NCBI GenBank assembly: GCA_041660865.1
Contig: JBAZVO010000002.1
Location: 153,395 to 217,394, forward strand
Direction: 5' to 3'
Origin: Candidatus Woesearchaeota archaeon
GTDB taxonomy: Archaea > Nanobdellota > Nanobdellia > Woesearchaeales > 21-14-0-10-32-9
DNA: 64,000 nt
Under the pieces are notes generated by a model. It was not told where the DNA came from. It ran no database searches and saw only the letters and a program-made list of their open reading frames with translations. The translations under genes were made by a program, and so were the position numbers. Position 1 is the first letter of the stretch. The number at the start of each line of letters is the position of its first letter. Shown piece after piece: positions 11,212 through 20,812 of this stretch.

Positions 11212-12408
11212 TTAAACGTATTTGAGTCTTATTTTTATTTCAGTCATAGACATATCCTGCAAAGGTTTTATTTCAACAGAATTTGTTCCAGGCTTTACAT
11301 GGCCATCAATTGGTTTAGTTTCTGCAATTCTTGCAGTATTAAATCCTAATTTTACGCCATTAATAAATATCTCAAATCGTTTCTGATTTGTATTTGGAAA
11401 TGTCATATCAAGAAACATGTCAACATTTGATCTTAATGCAAAATCTTCTGGATCATCAGGATTTGTAAAATTACCCTCATCGAGTTCGAAGTAATATATT
11501 GGATTAATATTTGTTTCAAACTTATTTGTAAGTCTTAATCTATCAATTAATATTGATCCTTTATCAACCCTAAATGTTAATTGATTTTGGCCTTCTCTTA
11601 ACATTCCACTTGCAACTGGCGCATAATTATACATTCCACAATCAGGAATTCCTTTGAAAATTAAAACACCATTAATTGAAACTTCTAAATTAGATATTTC
11701 ATAAAGATTACAAACCGGACTATATCTTAATTGTGCAGATTTTAAATTCGAAATATCTTTTTTAGTTAAAGATAAAGATTGTACACTTTCACTTTGCGAT
11801 TTATCTGTAACATCAGCTGTTATTTTTACGTCCTTTAATCTGTATTCATTATATCTCCAGAACGCAACACCAGGACTTGAAACTGAAATTCTTATTTCAT
11901 TACTAGCTTGAAGTTTTTTAGAATCAATTGCTATTGGCGGTGAATTGCCTACTTGAAGATTGGAATCAAGAATTGTTTCACCATTAAGAGTTATATGCAA
12001 TGCACCTTCAGCGGTTTCAATGTTAAATGATAACATCACATTATCCGTAACTTCTGGATTCGCAGTAAATAATATTACTTCTTCTTTTTTCTCAAAAGCT
12101 GAATTTTTAACATACAATGATGACCTAGATGTTAAAACTTCTCCTCTAACTTTATTGCTTATTGTAAATGCTGGAAAATCATAATCTATTTGATCATCTG
12201 CAATATAATTAAGAACACCAGGACTTTCTTTCATTAAAATTCTGCCAGTTGCTGAACTATTTGTTATGTGATTAGAATTATTAGAAAGTAATGCTTCTCT
12301 GTCTGCTGGCGGTAAAAATAAGATATACAACACAATTAGCGCCGTTATTATAATAATTAGAATAGCTGCATTTCCGCCTGCTTGACCAAACTTATTTAGC
12401 TTAACCAT
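11212..12408 (-). CDS. Membrane-anchored extracellular protein with pilin-like (class III-like) N-terminus
   Basis: The likely start is the ATG at 12408 (MVKLNKFGQAGGNAAILIIIITALIVLYILFL); the track ORF extends to 12459. Three internally similar segments are present (HITLNGETILDS, LEVSINGVLIFKG, FEIFINGVKLGFN). The gene lies 22 nt upstream of the 780-aa gene. Confidence 0.65.
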   Translation of the reverse strand: MVKLNKFGQAGGNAAILIIIITALIVLYILFLPPADREALLSNNSNHITNSSATGRILMKESPGVLNYIADDQIDYDFPAFTISNKVRGEVLTSRSSLYVKNSAFEKKEEVILFTANPEVTDNVMLSFNIETAEGALHITLNGETILDSNLQVGNSPPIAIDSKKLQASNEIRISVSSPGVAFWRYNEYRLKDVKITADVTDKSQSESVQSLSLTKKDISNLKSAQLRYSPVCNLYEISNLEVSINGVLIFKGIPDCGMYNYAPVASGMLREGQNQLTFRVDKGSILIDRLRLTNKFETNINPIYYFELDEGNFTNPDDPEDFALRSNVDMFLDMTFPNTNQKRFEIFINGVKLGFNTARIAETKPIDGHVKPGTNSVEIKPLQDMSMTEIKIRLKYV

Positions 12409-12497
12409 AATTCTCCCTCTAATAATCTCTCTGTTAAATATGAACCTAATAGATAGCAACTAAGAACTTTAATATATAAACGTTGCGTTTTAACGGG

Positions 12498-12622
12498 CTC
12501 TGTAGAAAGTCTTTTTCTGCAGGCGCCAGCTTTCGAAATTAAAATCGTATTTATTATCGAGTCTAATTTTTTCGAGATTTTTTCTATAAGCTGGCATGCC
12601 TGCACAGACTTTTTCTACAGAG
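12498..12622. repeat. ~125-nt hairpin (MITE-like) element, copy A
   Basis: Termini are CTCTGTAGAAA...TTTCTACAGAG. Internal arm segments AGTCT, TGCAGGC and CCAGCTT are also complementary. A near-identical copy lies at 34656-34781, and the element is GC-richer than its surroundings. Confidence 0.8.
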
Positions 12623-12732
12623 GCAACAGATAGCTTAGTTAACAACGCAGCCGTCAACATGCCTTCGGCGCTTGAGCGAATACATTCTTATAAATATTCA
12701 AACCTGAAAAAATTAGAAAAAATATCAACTCC

Positions 12733-12769
12733 ATAAACCTACTCAAGCCAAGACTTCGGATCCTTCAAC
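12733..12769. repeat. Duplicated copy of the 3' end of top6A (direct repeat of 12881-12918)
   Basis: ATAAACCT-ACTCAAGCCAAGACTTCGGATCCTTCAAC matches ATAAACCTTACTCAAGCCAAGACTTCGGATCCTTCAAC with one indel. Both copies are preceded by AAAAAATTAGA. Confidence 0.85.
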
Positions 12770-12799
12770 ACAACGGCAGCGCCCGTTGACAACGCACTA

Positions 12800-12831
12800 G
12801 AGTAGAACACTCGCTACGCTCAGTTCTACTC
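12800..12831. other. Perfect 9-bp stem hairpin downstream of top6A
   Basis: GAGTAGAAC - 14-nt loop - GTTCTACTC. It sits between the two copies of the top6A 3'-end repeat. No T-run follows on the minus strand, so a terminator role is uncertain. Confidence 0.35.
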
Positions 12832-12887
12832 CTTAATCCCTTACAGACATTTTATTTCAAAAGAACTTAAAAAAAATTAGATAAACC

Positions 12888-13979
12888 TTACTCAAGCCAA
12901 GACTTCGGATCCTTCAACTTTTCTGGAAGATAATTACTAATAACAAAATTAAGTCCATGCTTTGCAAGTGCTTGCTGTTCTGCTCTTTTCCCTTTTTGCA
13001 TTAATTCTTTTAACGCTACTTGCCAAGACTTGTATCTGTGTACAAAAGGATCGTTCTTTAAACCATCTTTAATTCTTTTGTTATCAACATCTTTTAGAGG
13101 ATGCGTTGGAAGTTTGTATTCTTCTATGTCTCTTGGCGTAATTCCGAGGAATTTTGCTCTTGGAACACAAAAGAATTCATTTATGTGTGCGGCATTTCCT
13201 GAGCCGACTTTTAATGTTCTATAAATATTCAAAAATCCGTATGGATCTCCATCAGTAAATACGAAAACATCAATATTGGCTTCATCGCTTAATCTTCTTA
13301 TGAATCGTCTACATGCTCTTGTTGGAACTCCACTCATACTAACAAGTATACAATTCGCCTTTTTCCAATATGTATGTTTATTTAACCTTTCAAACATACC
13401 TTGAGTTTCTATTGCAAGAACAAATTTTGCTTTAGTTTCAAATCTAAGATGTTCAACATCTGAGGGAATAGAATATGATCCGCTTCCAAATTTCGTACAA
13501 TCAATTTTTAATTCTTTTCCAGTATTTGGATCTTTATCAACAACAATTAATTCACCAGCAACACTTCCCCCGTGTTCATCAGCTATAAAACCTAATTGTT
13601 CACGATTAACTCCAAACATCGCTTCAATATCATCCATTACAGCATCAGATTCTGGTTGCTCGCTAAATCTTGCTTCGCCCCAGTTTTTACTTACGTAATA
13701 GGCTTCTCTTTTTGTTGCAATATCTACTGTTTCAATAAGATTTTTTGATAAAGCCATAACTCTTAGAGTTTGCGCGAAAGTTTTTACAGTGTTTGCAGTC
13801 AGAGTTCTTTTTTTTATTTGACCTTTAAGTTCAAAGTAACCATCTTTTTCATTGTAAAAAACGTTATTAAGACTTCTAACTGGCGCTTCAAGTTCTGCTT
13901 TTCTTCCTTGTAAAACATCTTGTCTTATGCCTTCAGCAGTACCTTTTATTTTTTTTATAACATCAGCTACAATAATCAC
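12888..13979 (-). CDS. top6A: DNA topoisomerase VI subunit A (Spo11 family)
   Basis: REAYYVS (catalytic Tyr region) and Toprim motifs [11 protein letters not shown] and FTDGDPYG. The GTG start overlaps the top6B stop (GTGA). Confidence 0.93.
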   Translation of the reverse strand: MIIVADVIKKIKGTAEGIRQDVLQGRKAELEAPVRSLNNVFYNEKDGYFELKGQIKKRTLTANTVKTFAQTLRVMALSKNLIETVDIATKREAYYVSKNWGEARFSEQPESDAVMDDIEAMFGVNREQLGFIADEHGGSVAGELIVVDKDPNTGKELKIDCTKFGSGSYSIPSDVEHLRFETKAKFVLAIETQGMFERLNKHTYWKKANCILVSMSGVPTRACRRFIRRLSDEANIDVFVFTDGDPYGFLNIYRTLKVGSGNAAHINEFFCVPRAKFLGITPRDIEEYKLPTHPLKDVDNKRIKDGLKNDPFVHRYKSWQVALKELMQKGKRAEQQALAKHGLNFVISNYLPEKLKDPKSWLE

Positions 13980-15922
13980 TCATCCCCTTCAACATCTTTT
14001 GATTTCTTTTTGGATTTCTTTTTAGAAGAATCTTTTTCTTCTATAGTTTCTCCATAACCATCATAATCATTGCCTTCTTGTTCTTCTTCCTCTTCTTTTC
14101 CAATATTTGCAAAATCTTCATCATATTCTTCATTTTTATTTGGATCAAAAGACATATCTTCGAGTTTGCCTCTTGTTTTTTCCATAAGAATTGATAACTT
14201 ATCTTCTATATCTTTTTTTTGCGAATCTGTTAATGAAAGTATTTCTTTTAATGCATCAGAAATATGAGGCATATAAAGTTCTATGTAACTTCTCTTTTTA
14301 AGTTCGTCACCAACTCTTCTTTTTTTACTTAAATATTTGTAAAGCTCACGTCCAACTTCTTGAACTGCAAGTTTTATTTCTTTAATCATTTCAGGATAAT
14401 GAGCTATTGCTTCTTTTGCTTCTGATGTGAATGGAACCCAAACTGATGCTACATGAACAACAAGAACAACTGGACCTTGAGGCATATTACTTCCTGATTG
14501 TTGAAGCCCATATTGTTTCCAATTAGTACTTGATACGGCTTCACTTACAGCGCAAGCGCCTTGTTGATAAAGTAATGGAACTCTGTTCGCGAATCTCATT
14601 ATATTCATCGAAGAATCCTTAGGAAGTGTTCCTCCATATGCTATTGCAGCCTCTATTAAAAAAGGATTTCCTCTATAAACATCAGGACTTCTACTAACTG
14701 ATGCATAAAATTCTGCGTTAACTTCTTTTTTTAACCCTTTTTCTAAAAGCTCTGAACCGATTGGAACAATACAATCTGTTGGAGGCATCATTATTTTTGT
14801 TCGCCTTATACCCTCAATTAATTTTTCCGCCATATCTCGACTAACATCGCCAGGTTTTGTGTTGCTTAACATAGATGAATTTTCAAGTATTTCTTCTGCC
14901 GTTTTATCTCCAACTCTTGAAAAGTCTTGCATTAAACATTGTTTAACATTTTTAGCAGTTGTATTACTTAACATCTTAATTAACATACCAATTTCTACAC
15001 CGTAAGGATGAGGTTTTATCTCATGTGCTTGTTTAGGTTTTTGATCTGTTGCTCTAACAAGCATTATTTGTTCTCCTTTTGGAGGTTGATAAATTATTGT
15101 AACATGAGGATTAATTATCGCGGTTTGTTTTAAATACTCATCAACTGATTGAGATCCTTTCGTATATGATGCTTCAAGTTCTAATTCTACTCTTGTTCCT
15201 GTATCTTTATGCCACTCTTTTGTTCCTTTAGCAATTATTTCAGGTTCATTTTTCTGCGTATTTATTTTTAATTCAAAATAATTAGCAGGTTCTGATGGAT
15301 GAATTTTACTTAATATTTTTGTAGATTTGCCTGTTGTTAATTGAGAATACATAACGGCCGCACTTATTCCAATTCCTTGCTGTCCTCTTTGCATTTTTAA
15401 TTTGTGAAATTTACTTCCATACAATAACTTTGCAAATATTTTAGGAATTTGTTTTTCAACTATGCCTGGTCCATTATCTTCGACAACAATTCTAAATCTA
15501 TCAGTGCCCATTTCTATTACTTCAACTACAATTTCAGGCAAAATATCTGACTCTTCACAAGCATCAAGACTATTATCTACAGCTTCTTTTATTGTTGTTA
15601 AAAGTGATTTTCTTTTATTATCAAAACCTAAAAGATGTCTATTCTTTTCAAAGAATTCAGCAATACTAATTTCTCTTTGACTCTTTGCAAGTTCATGCGC
15701 TTTTGCGTTTGCTGATGATTTTTCGGGTTTAATTTCAGAATTATTTGATAATTGTGTTTGAGAATTACTTGTGCTTGTTGAAGATTTATTCACAGGTTTA
15801 ATGATGGGGTTATTGATATCTTTAATTGTAATTTTACTTGCATCTATCGAACTTTTATCTGTAAATGAATCCAAAGAAACTGTTTTTTCTGCTCCTTTAT
15901 CTCCCTTTTCTTTCTTCTCCAT
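13976..15922 (-). CDS. top6B: DNA topoisomerase VI subunit B (GHKL ATPase)
   Basis: Bergerat-fold motifs [15 protein letters not shown] and GQQGIG, plus a transducer domain. The first ATG is at 15922 (the track's TTG is at 15937). A Ser/Asn-rich N-terminal extension of about 80 aa and an acidic/Lys-rich C-terminal tail are present. Confidence 0.92.
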   Translation of the reverse strand: MEKKEKGDKGAEKTVSLDSFTDKSSIDASKITIKDINNPIIKPVNKSSTSTSNSQTQLSNNSEIKPEKSSANAKAHELAKSQREISIAEFFEKNRHLLGFDNKRKSLLTTIKEAVDNSLDACEESDILPEIVVEVIEMGTDRFRIVVEDNGPGIVEKQIPKIFAKLLYGSKFHKLKMQRGQQGIGISAAVMYSQLTTGKSTKILSKIHPSEPANYFELKINTQKNEPEIIAKGTKEWHKDTGTRVELELEASYTKGSQSVDEYLKQTAIINPHVTIIYQPPKGEQIMLVRATDQKPKQAHEIKPHPYGVEIGMLIKMLSNTTAKNVKQCLMQDFSRVGDKTAEEILENSSMLSNTKPGDVSRDMAEKLIEGIRRTKIMMPPTDCIVPIGSELLEKGLKKEVNAEFYASVSRSPDVYRGNPFLIEAAIAYGGTLPKDSSMNIMRFANRVPLLYQQGACAVSEAVSSTNWKQYGLQQSGSNMPQGPVVLVVHVASVWVPFTSEAKEAIAHYPEMIKEIKLAVQEVGRELYKYLSKKRRVGDELKKRSYIELYMPHISDALKEILSLTDSQKKDIEDKLSILMEKTRGKLEDMSFDPNKNEEYDEDFANIGKEEEEEQEGNDYDGYGETIEEKDSSKKKSKKKSKDVEGDE

Positions 15923-16261
15923 AAATTTAAAGAACAACGCAAGGGTTTAATAAACTTTTTGATTAATAAATTTTGTACATAAAACTAAGAAATTAAACAA
16001 ATTAGTTTAATTAAAAAAAATATGACGACGAATTATAAAAAACAAATCAATACAATTTCCTCACTTGCCTCAACAACTATATTTAATTAGGTCTTGATAA
16101 AAAATAAAAAAAACGCGAATTAATATTAACTAAAGTTCCTATTCCATTCGTTACACTCATCAAAATTCCCGAGCTAACTTTTCACAAAACCAAAAACTTA
16201 AAATACTATTGTCTTCTTTGAGGTTATAAGGGATTGTGAAAAGGGTTAAAAGAGGATTTTA

Positions 16262-16729
16262 ATGGATAAGTTATCTGAGTTTGTATCAGAACAACTAAAA
16301 AAAGGAGTCAAACCACAAGAAATGAGAGAACACCTCATTATGAATGGATGGCATAAAGACGAAGTTGATTACACTATAAATTCAGCAATACATAAAAGAA
16401 TTCGACATAGAATTTTATATGCTGCAATTGGTTTAATTGTTCTTGGAGGATTAATTTTATCATTATTTTCTGTTGCAAATAATTTATTTAATGAAACAAC
16501 GCCAACACCAACTCCAAATATTCCTCCTCAAGATCTAACTCCTGTTGTTTCAAATTCTCAGGGCTGTTTAGATAAAGATACAAGTCTTGAAAAAGATGAA
16601 TGTTACAAAAATTTACTTCGAGCCGGATTTAAATGCGATGATTTAACTGAAGAAATAGAAAATGTTTATTGTTATAGAGCATTTGAAGAACTTTCACTAA
16701 AAGGTGTTGAAATAATTGAAGAAAATTAG
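16262..16729 (+). CDS. Hypothetical single-pass membrane protein
   Basis: 155-aa ORF with an N-terminal helical module (KKGVKPQEMREHLIMNGWHKDEVDYTINSA), one TM segment, and a Pro/Thr linker followed by a Cys-containing C-terminal domain. Confidence 0.5.
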   Translation: MDKLSEFVSEQLKKGVKPQEMREHLIMNGWHKDEVDYTINSAIHKRIRHRILYAAIGLIVLGGLILSLFSVANNLFNETTPTPTPNIPPQDLTPVVSNSQGCLDKDTSLEKDECYKNLLRAGFKCDDLTEEIENVYCYRAFEELSLKGVEIIEEN

Positions 16730-16789
16730 ATATTCTAACATTTATACATTTAATAATAAAAATATTATAAAATTACTAAAACTAATTAC

Positions 16790-17392
16790 CTACCAATCTT
16801 TGGCTCGTTTTTCTTTTGTTGCTCGTCTACTCTTTTCAAGCCATCTATAAACATTAGAATGCGGACTTCCTTGCAAAAGACTCTCTATTGCTTTCTTTGA
16901 TGTCACAACACCCTCAGAATCACCAATAATACTTATTGTTTTGCCATAAACTGAAATAAATGTACCTGTAAGACCTTCTATTGTTTGTCTTGATTTGCCT
17001 TCAGCACCTATTACTCGTCCTTTTAATCTTTCAAAATGATCTTTATTTTTTACATAATCTAAAAGATTTACAATTTCTAAAGCGTAATCTTGTTTTAAAA
17101 GTAATCTTGCAATTTCAGGATTAAACCCTCGACCTATGGCTTTTACGACCTCTCTTAGAGCATACATTTTTATTGAATCTCCGCCAGATATTCGAACATC
17201 TCCTTCTTTGGAATCTATGTCCATTTTACAATCTGTAAAGCCTTCGAGTTCTTTTTTAGTTTCTCCACTTTTACCTATAAGAACTGCAACTCTTTCTTTA
17301 GGAATTTTTATCTCAAAAGCATAATTCATACCATCTGAAGGCATAGTCTCTCCAAGATCAAAATCTTCCTTTTTAACAGTCTTTTTGGCCAT
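16790..17392 (-). CDS. KH-domain RNA-binding protein (archaeal Dim2/Pno1-like)
   Basis: Two KH GXXG motifs (VLIGKSGETKKELE and RVIGAEGKSRQTIE). It is adjacent to a RIO kinase, as is common in archaea. Confidence 0.8.
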   Translation of the reverse strand: MAKKTVKKEDFDLGETMPSDGMNYAFEIKIPKERVAVLIGKSGETKKELEGFTDCKMDIDSKEGDVRISGGDSIKMYALREVVKAIGRGFNPEIARLLLKQDYALEIVNLLDYVKNKDHFERLKGRVIGAEGKSRQTIEGLTGTFISVYGKTISIIGDSEGVVTSKKAIESLLQGSPHSNVYRWLEKSRRATKEKRAKDW

Positions 17393-17511
17393 AAATACTA
17401 GAAATGAATGTCCTTTTTTAAAGGTTTAGGAGAAAATAGCCAAACTCTAAAATTAACATATAATTTGTTTTTTTCAATTCAAAAAAACAATTTAAATTAA
17501 ACTTAAAATGT

Positions 17512-18246
17512 TTAATCCTCATTCATTTTTTTATCAAAATAATTCATGACTTCTTTTGTTATTTTGTCTTCATCAACTTTTATATGTCGTTTAAATGCTC
17601 TAAATACGTTCTTTAAATCTCTCTCTAAAAGTTCTCTCGCATTTTGCGTTTTTAGAGGAGTTGATTGACTCATATCAATAAATACTGGTTTTCCATTATA
17701 ATTAAGAATATTAAAATCTGATAAATCTCCGTGAATAAGTCCCGCATCAATTAATTTTTTCATGTTTTTAATTACTTGTTTAAAAAAATCAAGCCCATCT
17801 TCGGGAAATTCATCTTTAAGCATTGGCGCCGGATCATCATCTCCAATGTATTCCATAATTAAAATATTATCTTTAAAACCCAACGGTGTTGGAACGGTTA
17901 TTCTTTCCCTTGCAAGAAGCAAATTACGATATTCTCTTTGAACCCATGAAAAAACTATTTTTCTCTTCTGATTTTCTATACCTGCAAAACGAGGATCTGA
18001 ACTAATGTAATAAAACATGTTATTAAAATTTTTATTTTCAAGACGATAAATCTTTACAATAACTTTACTTCCATCTTCTTTTAATGCAAGAAAAACATTA
18101 GCTTCTTTACCAAGAGCAATCGGACTTACTAAATCTTTAAAATATCCTTGACTTGAAAGGCCGAAAATTAATCTCTCTACGTGTTGGTCAAATACATTTT
18201 TGTATGTTTTCCATTCTTCTCTTGATTTTCTTGATTTTCTAACCAC
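17512..18246 (-). CDS. RIO-type serine/threonine protein kinase (Rio1-like, no N-terminal wHTH)
   Basis: ALGKEANVF (P-loop-like), VIVKIYR (Lys), LIHGDLSDFNIL (catalytic loop) and FIDMSQS (metal-binding loop). The start appears to be GTG. Confidence 0.85.
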   Translation of the reverse strand: MVRKSRKSREEWKTYKNVFDQHVERLIFGLSSQGYFKDLVSPIALGKEANVFLALKEDGSKVIVKIYRLENKNFNNMFYYISSDPRFAGIENQKRKIVFSWVQREYRNLLLARERITVPTPLGFKDNILIMEYIGDDDPAPMLKDEFPEDGLDFFKQVIKNMKKLIDAGLIHGDLSDFNILNYNGKPVFIDMSQSTPLKTQNARELLERDLKNVFRAFKRHIKVDEDKITKEVMNYFDKKMNED

Positions 18247-18312
18247 AATCTCAGATAACAGTTGAGATTTATATTCTTTTAGAAAGATATTCTTTAAAAT
18301 CCTAAATATTCT

Positions 18313-19185
18313 TTAAATAAATAGTAACATAACACCAATCATCATAATTACAGTCGCGATTACTTTTCTTAAAATATTTTTTTCTCTAAATAACTCTCCC
18401 CCTAATATAACAACTAATAATGCAGAAAGTCTTTTTACGGTTGATACTAATGCGATATTTTCACGACTAACAGCAAAACTCCACGCGTATCTTGCACCAA
18501 CAGTTACAATCGCTCCGACTAAAATCCACCAACCTCCTTTAATTATTCCTTCTTTTATATCTGTTATTCCATTATGAAATATAATTATCATTATTAAAAA
18601 AACTAAAGCGACAAATAAATTAAAGAAGGCAAGATATGCTTCAGGTTGCATACCTAATCTGAAAAGTAAAATTCTGTCGATAAGCGCCGCACCACCAAAT
18701 AAAACTAACGCTAAAAAAATATATTTTACATATTTTGATTTTCCTATAACTTTGAATGGCTCTAATAATCCATGATGAGGTTTCATCTCTAAAATATATG
18801 CCCCCAAAACAATAATGATAATTCCTAGTATTTGAAATAATGTTAAATTTTCACCTAAAAAAAAGAACGCGAGAATCGCCGTTACAACAGGAATAAGCAC
18901 GAGAAATGGTGCGCTGGCACTAACTTCCATATGTCTTACACCTTTATTTGCAAAGAAAAAAGCAAGTGCTTCAATTAACGAAAAAAAGAAAATAATCCAG
19001 ATATGAGTCCAAGTAAGTAAAGAATAATCTATGAAAAAAAAGAAAGGAATCGCGACAATTAAACAAATAGTTGCAAGAGCAGCCGAGAATTGCATAGCGT
19101 GTTCACGCTTTAATTCTTTTTTCTCCATAAGTGCAAGTAAAGATGCGAGTATCGCAACGATTATTGCATAAAAAAACCACTCCAT
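18313..19185 (-). CDS. EamA/DMT-superfamily transporter
   Basis: 290 aa with about 10 hydrophobic helices arranged as two 5-TM halves, the typical DMT topology. Confidence 0.6.
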   Translation of the reverse strand: MEWFFYAIIVAILASLLALMEKKELKREHAMQFSAALATICLIVAIPFFFFIDYSLLTWTHIWIIFFFSLIEALAFFFANKGVRHMEVSASAPFLVLIPVVTAILAFFFLGENLTLFQILGIIIIVLGAYILEMKPHHGLLEPFKVIGKSKYVKYIFLALVLFGGAALIDRILLFRLGMQPEAYLAFFNLFVALVFLIMIIIFHNGITDIKEGIIKGGWWILVGAIVTVGARYAWSFAVSRENIALVSTVKRLSALLVVILGGELFREKNILRKVIATVIMMIGVMLLFI

Positions 19186-19318
19186 TATTTCTCTACCTCT
19201 CTTATTTATTAAGAAACGAAGATGAAGTCTATTTATAATTAACTAATTGTTCTATTAATTTAATCAATTCTTAACCAACCTCAATAAAATTAATAAATAA
19301 CCCCTCTTAACTTAGAGC

Positions 19319-20794
19319 ATGACATTAAATATTGATGAAATGGCCTCCTTTTGCAAGAGAAAAGGATTTATTTATTCAACTGCCGAAATATATGGCGGAC
19401 TCACGGGATTTTTTGATTATGGTCCATACGGATCTGAATTAAAAATGAATATTAAAAATAATTGGTGGCAATTTTTTGTTAGATCCAGAGAAGACATTGT
19501 TGGAATAGATGGTCCTATAATTACAAATCCTATGGTTTGGCGAGCATCAGGACATGCTGAAAATTTTGCAGATTTAATGCTCGAATCAGAAGATGGATCA
19601 ATCGAAGTTAGAGCAGATGTTTTTTTAGAAGAAAAACTCGGCAAAGCATTTGATGGAATAACTGCAAGCGATGTAAATAAACTTGTTGAAGAACACAAAT
19701 TAAAAGCATCAAACGGTAAACCCTTCAAAAAATGCGAATCATTTAACATGATGTTTACAACAAATGTAGGCCCTAAGCATGATGAAAAATCAAGAGCATA
19801 TCTAAGACCTGAAACAGCACAATTAATTTTTGCAGATTTCAAATTAATACAAGAAAATGCAAGATTAAAATTACCATTTGGCATTGCACAAATGGGTAAA
19901 GCATTTAGAAATGAAATAAGCCCACGAAATTTCTTGTTTAGATGTAGAGAATTTGAACAAATGGAAATAGAATTCTTTATTCATCCTCAAAAAAGAGATT
20001 GTCCATTTTTTGAAAATTATAAGAATTTTGAAATTATTATTTTTTCAGAAGAAATGCAAAAATCGAATAGCTCGCCTAAAAAAATGAAGATGAGTGAAGT
20101 TGTAGAACAAAAACTAATGAATGAATGGCATGCATATTTTGCCGCATTATATTTAACTTGGTTTAAAAATCTTGGAGCTGATCTTAATAATTTTAGAGCA
20201 AGACAACATTTAAAAGATGAACTCGCATTTTATAGTAGCGATTGCTGGGATATAGAATATAATTTTCCTTTTGGTTGGAAAGAACTCCAAGGTTTTGCTG
20301 ATAGATCAGATTACGATTTAAAACGACACATGGAATATAGCAAAAAAGATCTTTCATTATTCGACGAAGAAACAAAAGAAAAAATTGTTCCTCATGTAAT
20401 AGCTGAGCCTAGTTTAGGAGTTGATAGAGCATTCCTCGTATTCTTGTATGAAGCGTATGATGACGATAAAGAACGAGGAAATGTTGTTTTACATTTACAT
20501 CCAAAACTCGCACCAATAAATTTGGCAGTTCTTCCTTTACTTAAGAATAAACCTGAACTTATTTTAAAAACAAGACAATTATTTGAAGATTTAAAAAAAG
20601 ACTACACTTGTTTTTATGACGATTCAGGAAGCATAGGTAGACGATATGCTAGAATGGATGAAATAGGAACTCCATATTGCATAACTGTTGATTTTGATAC
20701 TCTTCAAGACGATACTGTTACAGTTAGAAACCGAGATAGCAAAGAACAAGAAAGAGTAAAGATAGAAGATTTGAAGAAGAAATTGATTCTTTAA
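19319..20794 (+). CDS. glyS: Glycyl-tRNA synthetase (archaeal/eukaryal alpha2 type)
   Basis: KRKGFIYSTAEIYGG, YLRPETAQ, FRNEISPR (motif 2) and EPSLGVDR (motif 3), followed by a C-terminal anticodon-binding domain. Confidence 0.92.
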   Translation: MTLNIDEMASFCKRKGFIYSTAEIYGGLTGFFDYGPYGSELKMNIKNNWWQFFVRSREDIVGIDGPIITNPMVWRASGHAENFADLMLESEDGSIEVRADVFLEEKLGKAFDGITASDVNKLVEEHKLKASNGKPFKKCESFNMMFTTNVGPKHDEKSRAYLRPETAQLIFADFKLIQENARLKLPFGIAQMGKAFRNEISPRNFLFRCREFEQMEIEFFIHPQKRDCPFFENYKNFEIIIFSEEMQKSNSSPKKMKMSEVVEQKLMNEWHAYFAALYLTWFKNLGADLNNFRARQHLKDELAFYSSDCWDIEYNFPFGWKELQGFADRSDYDLKRHMEYSKKDLSLFDEETKEKIVPHVIAEPSLGVDRAFLVFLYEAYDDDKERGNVVLHLHPKLAPINLAVLPLLKNKPELILKTRQLFEDLKKDYTCFYDDSGSIGRRYARMDEIGTPYCITVDFDTLQDDTVTVRNRDSKEQERVKIEDLKKKLIL

Positions 20795-20812
20795 ACTAAA
20801 AACTAGAAAAAA

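Noticed and set aside
12396-12605. 69-aa minus-strand ORF from the track.
   Set aside because: It is composed almost entirely of hairpin-repeat copy A and adjacent intergenic DNA. It has no coding-like composition and no counterpart at copy B.
12480-12660. Possible RNase P RNA. GTAGAAAGTCT resembles CR-I (GAGGAAAGUCC), ACAGATAGCTTA resembles CR-V (ACAGAA..CGGCUUA), and an outer helix TGCGTTTTAAC/GTTAACAACGCA could be P1.
   Set aside because: The candidate P4 strands would sit on opposite sides of the long CTCTGTAG/CTACAGAG helix, which is not the RNase P topology. The segment (~170 nt) lacks the other conserved regions. Its core is repeated at 34656-34781 without the CR-V-like flank, so a repeat element explains it better.
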